Shown here: positions 52,072-58,946 of the stretch, one piece after another
How positions within the stretch are numbered: the stretch's first letter is position 1
How the letters are laid out: every line of letters starts with the position of its first letter
NCBI GenBank assembly: GCA_025361145.1
Contig: JANYAV010000010.1
Span: forward strand, 1,530-65,529
Length of the DNA: 64,000 nucleotides
Direction of reading: 5' to 3'
Origin: Dehalococcoidia bacterium
GTDB lineage: Bacteria; Chloroflexota; Dehalococcoidia; Dehalococcoidales; UBA3254
Program-made: the position numbers and the translations under genes
The notes under the pieces: generated by a model
The model's database searches: none
Told to the model about the DNA's origin: nothing
What the model saw: the letters and a program-made list of their open reading frames with translations, nothing else

Positions 52072-54341
52072 GGCTGCGCCTCTTCAATCTTGCTTATCTT
52101 GACCAGCGTCTGTTTGGCCATTTGCGAATGAAATTTGTCAAATAGCTTTTCATTAGCATTGTATAAATTATTGACCTCGCTTCCTCCGTCGAACTCATTA
52201 TAACCTGGTAAACCCAGCTCATCGCAGCCTTGCCACCAGCCTCTTTTGGTCATCAAGACCTCAGGTGAAATACCTGCAAAATACTCTGCCTTAAATTTAC
52301 TCCACCCGTGCGGAGACTCCACTCTGACCCAGTCGCCATCTGCGATTCCGTATTTTTTTGCCGCGGCCGGATTAATCTTCAACCATGGATATGGCTGCTG
52401 TTCACGCAAATATGGCACATCCTGCATAAAGCTGTGGTGGCTATAACGGTGCGCATGCACATCGCTGAGCACCAGCGGATACTCTTTAAGCAGTTCAGGT
52501 GTTTCTGCTATGCCCTCCGGGGGGCCCTGGTATACAGGGAGGTAATTCAGCTTACTAACACCGTCGCAGCTGTCTTTACCTCCGAGAAATTCGTTATAGC
52601 ACTGAACTTTGCCGTGAGGCAGATCTTTAAATAACTGGGTATATCTCTGATATTGCGGCGCTGGCGCAGGCTGAGTCCTCTTGATAAATATCCCTTTCGG
52701 GCTATTCCGCAGTTCTTCCAGGCTAATACCCGAAGGCGCTAACTGCTCCCGTAAACAGGCATCCATGTTCCCATTCCAGAAGTCCTCTCCATAACCCATT
52801 TTGACCGCCAGGTCTAGATATATTTGCCAGTCCGAGCGGGATTCTCCCAGCGGCTCAATAATTTTATTATAGATACCCAGCCACGTGCCTTCTTTAACGT
52901 TTTTTATGCAGATCTGATCGCTGTGTTCATAGCTAGTACAGGCAGGTAACACTATATCGGCATAATCTACGTGAGAAGCGTGGTAAATGTCCGCCACGAA
53001 CATAAAATCCAGCTTTTTAAGGGCTTCGGCTACTCTTCTTGGATTTCGGGTGGCGGAAAGAGGGTTTGAGCAAGATGCGTTGAGCACCCGCAGCGGATAG
53101 GGTTTGCCGCTTAAAATGCTCATTAGAGCCTTGTAATAAGCCGAGGTTGGGCCATGTGGCATAAAGCCCATTTTTTGATACCACTTCGGTGTCTCAGGAG
53201 CCACCAGTTTATCCACCAGATCAGTTGGCGCTTTTTCATTTAATTTAGCTATTTGATTAGTCTTAATCAGTGGAGCGCCCACCTGGGGAAGTCCACCCAG
53301 CAACCCCCCCGGCACGTCCAGGTTGCCTGTAATAGCGGAGATCAGGCAAATAGCTGAAACCACCGCCGTACCATCATTGGTTTGGTCGCCCACTCCGTTG
53401 CCAATCTTAATGAAGCTCGGTTTGATAGTGCCCATCATGCGGGCTGCCAGTCGAATCTTATCCGCAGGTATGCCTGTCTTGTTCTCCGCCCATTCGGGAG
53501 TATTTCGTTGTACATAAGCTGCTAGCTTATCGAAACCGTAGCACCACTTCTCTACGAAGTCGGCATCGTATAAATTTTCATTGATAATTATATTCAGAAT
53601 AGCCAGCGCTAGAGCGCCGTCTGTGCCCGGTCTGACCGGCAACCAGACATCGGCTTTCGCACCCAAAGGGTCCAGCATGGGCCGTATATCGATCATCTTG
53701 CTGCCAGTTTCTAGGGCATTTAATATGTCATTCGGCTGTCCCAAATTGATTCCGGAGTTCTCGCAGTTGCCCCCCCAGTTTACGATCAATTTGGTCTTGC
53801 TCCAATCGTCCGGCGCTATGCTTCGAAATCCGATAGTCGCCTTGCAGGCTGCCATCCTGGGAGTCGCGCAAAGTGCGCTATGCAAATAATTCGGGCTGCC
53901 ATATACATTCAGAAATCGTCTTCCGAATGTATCTAAAACCGGCCAGATCTCCGGAGATAAAACTCCAAACGACTCAGCTCCGTATTTTCTCTTGTTTTCC
54001 TTTAATTTATACGCGATAGTCTCCAGGGCTTCGTCCCAGCTAATGCGGGTAAATCGTCCCTCTCCTTTGTCGCCTGCTCGTTTCATCGGATATTGCAAGC
54101 GCTTTGGAGCATATAAAAATTGAGGGCCTGTGTTGCCTTTCGCACATAATGAAGTACAACCAGCCCCCCAATTATTAAAAGCTTCAGGATTGCCCTCTAC
54201 CCGCACGAATTTCCCCGCAACTACATGACATAATATGCCGCACTTGGGCTTAGCGGCCCCGCACCCGTGACAGAAAGTGGGGATTATTTTATTGTTCGGA
54301 TTCAAATCTGCTATCGTTGTTCCCTCATCTTTCTGGGTCAT
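52068..54341 (-). CDS. Molybdopterin (bis-MGD) oxidoreductase catalytic subunit, cytoplasmic type
   Basis: 757 aa. N-terminal FeS motif CHGCGAAKPKCGILC, no twin-arginine signal, MopB-family blocks. Overlaps the FeS subunit gene by 4 nt. Confidence 0.85.
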   Translation of the reverse strand: MTQKDEGTTIADLNPNNKIIPTFCHGCGAAKPKCGILCHVVAGKFVRVEGNPEAFNNWGAGCTSLCAKGNTGPQFLYAPKRLQYPMKRAGDKGEGRFTRISWDEALETIAYKLKENKRKYGAESFGVLSPEIWPVLDTFGRRFLNVYGSPNYLHSALCATPRMAACKATIGFRSIAPDDWSKTKLIVNWGGNCENSGINLGQPNDILNALETGSKMIDIRPMLDPLGAKADVWLPVRPGTDGALALAILNIIINENLYDADFVEKWCYGFDKLAAYVQRNTPEWAENKTGIPADKIRLAARMMGTIKPSFIKIGNGVGDQTNDGTAVVSAICLISAITGNLDVPGGLLGGLPQVGAPLIKTNQIAKLNEKAPTDLVDKLVAPETPKWYQKMGFMPHGPTSAYYKALMSILSGKPYPLRVLNASCSNPLSATRNPRRVAEALKKLDFMFVADIYHASHVDYADIVLPACTSYEHSDQICIKNVKEGTWLGIYNKIIEPLGESRSDWQIYLDLAVKMGYGEDFWNGNMDACLREQLAPSGISLEELRNSPKGIFIKRTQPAPAPQYQRYTQLFKDLPHGKVQCYNEFLGGKDSCDGVSKLNYLPVYQGPPEGIAETPELLKEYPLVLSDVHAHRYSHHSFMQDVPYLREQQPYPWLKINPAAAKKYGIADGDWVRVESPHGWSKFKAEYFAGISPEVLMTKRGWWQGCDELGLPGYNEFDGGSEVNNLYNANEKLFDKFHSQMAKQTLVKISKIEEAQP

Positions 54342-54368
54342 TTAACTTTTGACCTTTGACCTTCTCTC
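54342..54368. repeat. Heptad element copy C3 (TTAA-CTTTTGA-CCTTTGA-CCTTCTC)
   Basis: Directly abuts the oxidoreductase start codon. On the minus strand it reads GAGAAGGTCAAAGGTCAAAAGTTAA-ATG. Confidence 0.7.
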
Positions 54369-54375
54369 AAAACTG

Positions 54376-54453
54376 ACAGCTTTGCTGTCATCCTGGAAGC
54401 CTCGAAAGACGAGGCTGAAGGATCTTGGGGGGTGGACTTGAAACTTGAAGCTC
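54376..54453 (+). repeat. 78-nt hairpin repeat copy B2
   Basis: Near-identical to B1. Lies in the predicted 5' UTR of the oxidoreductase (minus-strand promoter TTGACT-17-TAAATT at 54477-54505). Confidence 0.85.
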
Positions 54454-54674
54454 CTTACTTTTGAACTGTGATTTTTAATTTAATACACACCTATTTTATA
54501 GTCAATGTCTTAATTTATTTTGATTTAGCAAGGCCTGAATCTCGCGAAACTAAAAGCTTTAAGCTTAAGCAGGTTATTTTTCCCCTTTGTTTCTTATTTC
54601 TTATTTGTTATTTAGTGTATCACTATTTTAAACAGTCGGTTTGACGCTGTGTTAACTGTTATGCTAGCATAGTT

Positions 54675-54690
54675 ATGAACATATGTCCAT
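54675..54690. promoter_or_regulatory. Imperfect palindrome ATGAACATATGTCCAT just upstream of the DUF134 gene RBS
   Basis: 14 of 16 positions are symmetric, with a perfect ACATATGT core. Located 18 nt before the ATG. Confidence 0.35.
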
Positions 54691-54707
54691 AATATCGGAG
54701 ATAAATT

Positions 54708-55427
54708 ATGCCTAGGCCTATCAAATGCCGCAGAGTATGTTGCAGCCCTGAAATCTTTTATTTTAAACCGGCTGGCATACCTTTACATGTCCTGGATCAG
54801 GTTGAACTCACTGTTGAGGAGTTGGAAGCCTTGCGCTTAAAAGACCTGGAAGGACTACATCAGGCTCAGGGGGCGGTGCAGATGAATGTTTCAAGGCCTA
54901 CTTTTCAACGCATCCTCACTTCAGCTCGCCGCAAAACCGCTGAAGCACTCTCGCAGGGTAAAGCTATCCGCATCAACGGGGGCTCCTACGTGTTATCCGA
55001 AAATATATTAAGTGAAAGGGAGAAATTATTGAAAATTGCAGTAGTCTCAGACAACGAAACAACCATTAGTCAGCACTTTGGCCGAGCACCCTATTACATC
55101 ATAATGACGCTGGAAAACGGCAAAGTGGTAAAACAAGAAAAATTTGAAAGAGGTGCTTCGGGTACCTGTGCTTGCGGTCACGGCGGACACGAAGAGCATC
55201 CTGCCTCACACGGCGCGGATTCTGAATCTGCTGCTAAACATAACCGAATGGTTGATCCCATCGCCGATTGCCAGGTTTTAATTGCTGGCGGTATGGGATA
55301 TGGCGCATACCAGGCTTTGAAAAGTCGCAATCTTCAGGTCTTTATTACCGCAGAATCATCTATTCAGAAAGCAGTTGAACTTTTTTCCGCAGGCAAGCTC
55401 GATAACCTTATGGAACGTCTGCACTAG
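54708..55427 (+). CDS. DUF134 (predicted DNA-binding) fused to a NifX/NifB-like FeMo-cofactor-binding domain
   Basis: N-terminus [10 protein letters not shown]...[27 protein letters not shown]-terminus KIAVVSD...[11 protein letters not shown]...[16 protein letters not shown]. Confidence 0.75.
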   Translation: MPRPIKCRRVCCSPEIFYFKPAGIPLHVLDQVELTVEELEALRLKDLEGLHQAQGAVQMNVSRPTFQRILTSARRKTAEALSQGKAIRINGGSYVLSENILSEREKLLKIAVVSDNETTISQHFGRAPYYIIMTLENGKVVKQEKFERGASGTCACGHGGHEEHPASHGADSESAAKHNRMVDPIADCQVLIAGGMGYGAYQALKSRNLQVFITAESSIQKAVELFSAGKLDNLMERLH

Positions 55428-55467
55428 GTCAGTTTTCTCAAAATATACAATAATTCAGGAGAGTTGC

Positions 55468-56475
55468 GTGATACAAACCGATAAAATCAAATCAATTGTT
55501 GAAAATATTCCTGTGCCCGGGATATTTCGCAGAATAGGGCAGATGAATCTACTCAAGAGTATTGAAGTTACTGATCAATCAGTTGAGATAGTCTTAAGTT
55601 CCACTGGATTGGAGGAAGAATCCCAGTTGTGGATACAAAACTCTATTCAGGATGATATTGCCAGTTTGGCTGGCGGACTTAAAGTAAAAATAAGTTTTGT
55701 CGAGACCGCTCCCAGGGAACTAAACGTTTTCGGCAAGATCATTGCTGTCATGAGCGGTAAAGGCGGTGTAGGCAAATCGCTGGTCAGCGGTTTAACTGCT
55801 ATTGCCCTCAGGCGTGCCGGTTTTAGTGTGGGTATTCTGGATGCGGACATTACCGGCCCCAGTATCCCCAAAATGTTTGGCGTTAAGGATCGCCCTTCTT
55901 TTAATGCCAATGCCATGCTTCCGGTCGTGACCCATACCGGCATTGAGATTATGTCTCTTAACCTGCTTTTACCCACTGAGGAAGAAGCGGTCATCTGGCG
56001 TGGGCCTATGATTGGCAAAGTTATCACCCAATTCTGGGAGGAAGTCCTCTGGGGTAAGCTGGATTATCTTATTATTGATTTACCGCCGGGAACCGCGGAT
56101 GCTCCCTTAACCATTCTTCAACAGGTGCCTGTCTCGGGGATCATTATAGTCTCTACACCCCAGGACCTTACTACCATGATCGTGAAAAAAGCCGTCCATA
56201 TGGCGGCAACCATGCAGAAACCCATTCTGGGTGTGGTGGAAAACATGAGCTACCTTTATGTGCCGGAGATTGATAAAAAGATCGAGTTGTTCGGTAAAAG
56301 CCGGGTGGATGAAATGGCCCGGGCTGCCGGTGCCCCGGTTATCGCTGTCTTGCCCATAGATCCTGCTCTGGCGGCTCTCTGCGACAAGGGTGAAATTGAA
56401 AAATATGATAATGAGATAATTTCCCAGATCGGACACAAAATTTACGAATTGGCTGGGGTCTTAAAACAAACTTAA
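55468..56475 (+). CDS. Mrp/NBP35/ApbC-family P-loop ATPase lacking the CxxC cluster motif
   Basis: GTG at 55468 after AGGAGAG. Deviant Walker A MSGKGGVGKS. The position of the usual CPxC reads VPEI (ENMSYLYVPEIDKKIELFG). Confidence 0.8.
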   Translation: MIQTDKIKSIVENIPVPGIFRRIGQMNLLKSIEVTDQSVEIVLSSTGLEEESQLWIQNSIQDDIASLAGGLKVKISFVETAPRELNVFGKIIAVMSGKGGVGKSLVSGLTAIALRRAGFSVGILDADITGPSIPKMFGVKDRPSFNANAMLPVVTHTGIEIMSLNLLLPTEEEAVIWRGPMIGKVITQFWEEVLWGKLDYLIIDLPPGTADAPLTILQQVPVSGIIIVSTPQDLTTMIVKKAVHMAATMQKPILGVVENMSYLYVPEIDKKIELFGKSRVDEMARAAGAPVIAVLPIDPALAALCDKGEIEKYDNEIISQIGHKIYELAGVLKQT

Positions 56476-56531
56476 AATAATCCCTTTCTCGAATTGGCGT
56501 TGCTTGTTAGATGTTCCGCAGATAGTCTGAT

Positions 56532-56678
56532 CTAATTGTTTTCAGCCTTAGCGGCCTCTAACGCAATTTCTAGGTCTTCTAGTTGCTGCCACATTGAAAG
56601 CGGCACTGAATGGGCCGGCCATCGGCTTTTAAGGTCGGCAATTTTTTCTTCGATTTCTTTAATTTTTTCCGCATTCAT
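56532..56678 (-). CDS. Small conserved-looking protein (48 aa, RWPAHS motif)
   Basis: Not in the ORF track (<60 aa). MNAEKIKEIEEKIADLKSRWPAHSVPLSMWQQLEDLEIALEAAKAENN. AGGGG RBS 9 nt upstream. Confidence 0.5.
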   Translation of the reverse strand: MNAEKIKEIEEKIADLKSRWPAHSVPLSMWQQLEDLEIALEAAKAENN

Positions 56679-56757
56679 TTAGGCAACCCCTGTGGTTTCA
56701 TCCCCCAGTCACCCTTGGAATCTGTATTAAAAGGCCAACTGCCTTTAAATACTAACC

Positions 56758-56949
56758 TCAGCCAAATCTGCGGGGTTGCGGCCCGCAAGAGCTGTCGCCG
56801 GAAGATCGAGAACTAATAGGGGAAAAAACCCGTTCCAGGTCTCGCCCACCGCACTTAGGGCATTTCTCTTCGTTTTTACTGTGAAAAAAACCCAGTTTTA
56901 ACTCAAATTTCTCGCCGCAATTTTTACATTTATATTCATATACCGGCAT
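56758..56949 (-). CDS. FmdB-family zinc-ribbon protein
   Basis: MPVYEYKCKNCG...CPKCG with a Ser-rich tail. AGGAGAAG RBS. Confidence 0.85.
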   Translation of the reverse strand: MPVYEYKCKNCGEKFELKLGFFHSKNEEKCPKCGGRDLERVFSPISSRSSGDSSCGPQPRRFG

Positions 56950-56967
56950 TTTATTCTTCTCCTGATG

Positions 56968-57147
56968 TTATTCATTTTTAATTGCTTGCATCGGGCAAAA
57001 ATTTACACAGGTTAAACAAAGCTGGCATTTATCCTGATCAACCTCAGGTAATCCGTTTCCTTTCTGAGTGATAGCCCCAAATTCACACACCTTTATGGCT
57101 GGACAGTGATGATTTTGCGGGCAACGTTTAGCGTCAATTTTTATCAT
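56968..57147 (-). CDS. Small ferredoxin-like 4Fe-4S protein (59 aa)
   Basis: Not in the ORF track. MIKIDAKRCPQNHHCPAIKVCEFGAI...DKCQLCLTCVNFCPMQAI, containing CxxCxxCxxxCP plus three further Cys. Confidence 0.6.
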   Translation of the reverse strand: MIKIDAKRCPQNHHCPAIKVCEFGAITQKGNGLPEVDQDKCQLCLTCVNFCPMQAIKNE

Positions 57148-57200
57148 TTACAATCAAATCTCTTCTTAAAATTATTTTGGTTGTTATCCGTTTTGCCTGT

Positions 57201-57398
57201 TTACTTAATCTGTTTTTTGGTCGAGAAATGGAAAGGGGCATATAACGGACAAAAGCCGATTGCGGCGGTTAATATTAAGATAGCTCCTATCACCCACAGG
57301 ACGATCTGCGCTACCCCGCTCACTGCTAGAAAAGCAATTAATACCACAGTTATTCCTAAGATAGCCCTGATGATTCGATCCATTTTCCCCATATTCAT
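57201..57398 (-). CDS. DUF2892 (YgaP-like) membrane protein
   Basis: Two TM with ...GFCPLY.. at the C-terminus. ATG 57398 is preferred because GGAGGAGA lies 7 nt upstream. Confidence 0.75.
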   Translation of the reverse strand: MNMGKMDRIIRAILGITVVLIAFLAVSGVAQIVLWVIGAILILTAAIGFCPLYAPFHFSTKKQIK

Positions 57399-57641
57399 TA
57401 TCATTCTCCTCCATAATTCACCTTCTTTTTCTCGGTAAAGGTCTCATCTTGCGCTCCTTGTTACCTATGTAAGGTGAGACCTTATAAAACCCCCGTCTCC
57501 TATACCCGATTAGTTACTTTTACCCTCCATATGTCCCGTATGAACGGAAGTGAATCGGGATTGCCTTTTGCTTTTATTCACGTTTGTAATTTTTATTTGT
57601 GATTGCTAATTTGTTTGTCTCTTGTCTCTTTTAGCTTTAAG

Positions 57642-57911
57642 CTAGTTTCTGATCGTCAACCCACTCCGGCCTGGTATATTTACATAATCAATGGTGCTGT
57701 TTTCAGTGTAGGGTTTAAGGTCATCAATCATTAACAGGTCGATACCATTTACTTCAATTGTTGTTTCGTTCTCTTTTGGCTCTTCCAGAGCCAACCCAAT
57801 GTTGGGACCGTTTCAGCCCATTCCCTTATACATTACACGTAGATACTTGCCGGGATTGACACTCAGGATTTCTTTTATCTTATTTCTAGCGTCATCAGTT
57901 ATTTTGATCAT
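57642..57911 (-). CDS. HesB/IscA-like protein with an in-frame TGA (candidate selenocysteine) - or a nonsense pseudogene
   Basis: ATG 57911 (GAGGGG RBS), TGA at 57815-57813, TAG at 57644-57642. The frame stays open on both sides. The TGA replaces the conserved Cys of ..GGGCxG.. (here KGMG-U-NGP). Confidence 0.6.
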
Positions 57912-57959
57912 TATTCCCCTCATATAGTTTTATTATTTACTGTCGATTTCATTTAAGCT

Positions 57960-58301
57960 TTATTTTGGGTTAGCTTTTTTCAGGATTGCATCTACCTTCG
58001 ATCGAATCGCTTGCTCGGGATTGGCACCTATAATTTCATCCACCTGCTTGCCTTCAACAAAAAATTTCTGTGTCGGTATGCTCATGACTTTATACTTTTC
58101 TGAGGTTAGCGGGTTCTCATCAACATTCAATTTACAAAATTTAAATTTACCGCTGTATTCCTCAGATAATTTGTCATAAATTGGTAGCACCATGCGGCAA
58201 GGACTGCACCAGGGTGCCCAGAAGTCAATCTCGGTAGGGATCTTTGACTTTAAAACTTCTTCTTCAAAATTCTGGTCGGTGACATCGATTACTTTACTCA
58301 T
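57960..58301 (-). CDS. trxA: Thioredoxin
   Basis: 113 aa. Active site WCSPC. Overlaps the fur-family gene by 8 nt. Confidence 0.9.
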   Translation of the reverse strand: MSKVIDVTDQNFEEEVLKSKIPTEIDFWAPWCSPCRMVLPIYDKLSEEYSGKFKFCKLNVDENPLTSEKYKVMSIPTQKFFVEGKQVDEIIGANPEQAIRSKVDAILKKANPK

Positions 58302-58755
58302 TTTTCAGCTCCTTTTCAGCGACTGATTTATTACTATCCTGGCATTCCTTACATGTTCCTTGCAGACAGAGTTCAACTTTTTCGATCGTGAACCCCTGTT
58401 TATCCTGTATTGCTTTAATTAGTTCTGTAATCAGCGGGCTCTCAAAATCAGATACTTTTCCACAACCTTTACACAGCATATGCTGGTGCTCCAGGGATTG
58501 CTTTAACTCGTAACAACAGCCTTGTTTACCCAGTCTGTGCTCATCGATGAGCCCCACTTTTTTAAAGAGCGTCAGGCTTCGGTAAATAGTCGCTAAACTA
58601 ACAGACTCATCTTTTTTGCTTGTCAGTTGATAAAGCTTTTTTACATCAATTGGTCCGCAGGATTTGCGGATTAACTCCAGGATTAGTTGCCGTTGTGGAG
58701 TTAAAACATATTTTTCCAACTGGTTGCTATGTTTGCGATTGCGAATCATTCTCAT
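58294..58755 (-). CDS. Fur-family metalloregulator (Fur/PerR/Zur-like)
   Basis: 153 aa. Winged helix plus CKGCG...CKEC. No SD. -10 TACACT ends 7 nt before the ATG, so the mRNA is probably leaderless. Confidence 0.85.
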   Translation of the reverse strand: MRMIRNRKHSNQLEKYVLTPQRQLILELIRKSCGPIDVKKLYQLTSKKDESVSLATIYRSLTLFKKVGLIDEHRLGKQGCCYELKQSLEHQHMLCKGCGKVSDFESPLITELIKAIQDKQGFTIEKVELCLQGTCKECQDSNKSVAEKELKNE

Positions 58756-58784
58756 AAATTAAAGTGTACTACCTGGCACGCATA

Positions 58785-58810
58785 TTGTCAAATGATGGGA
58801 TATTTGACAA
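58785..58810. promoter_or_regulatory. Perfect 9-8-9 inverted repeat TTGTCAAAT-N8-ATTTGACAA overlapping the fur -35
   Basis: Read directly. The left arm contains the minus-strand TTGACA (58786-58791), spaced 17 nt from TACACT (58763-58768). Confidence 0.55.
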
Positions 58811-58946
58811 GTTTGGGTAAGCATCGTCCCGAATGTCTTTGAAAAGGTCATAAAAACGGTTGCATCGAGATTGTAACAAGAGTAAACTAAAAAGATTGAT
58901 CAAAACCAGAGTTTAATTCGATTCTGAAGATTCAGAGGATATTTAT

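Noticed and set aside
52068-54341. Selenocysteine in the molybdopterin oxidoreductase
   Set aside because: The ORF is uninterrupted and has Cys where Sec might occur. There is no in-frame TGA.
57205-57414. 69-aa minus-strand ORF in an alternative frame
   Set aside because: It overlaps the DUF2892 gene frame, which has the expected two TMs and GFCPLY motif. The alternative frame gives a hydrophilic, low-complexity product.
58811-58946. Possible Mg2+ (M-box) riboswitch upstream of mgtA
   Set aside because: The leader is only about 50-135 nt, and I could not find the conserved M-box helices or sequence blocks. A covariance-model scan would be needed for certainty.
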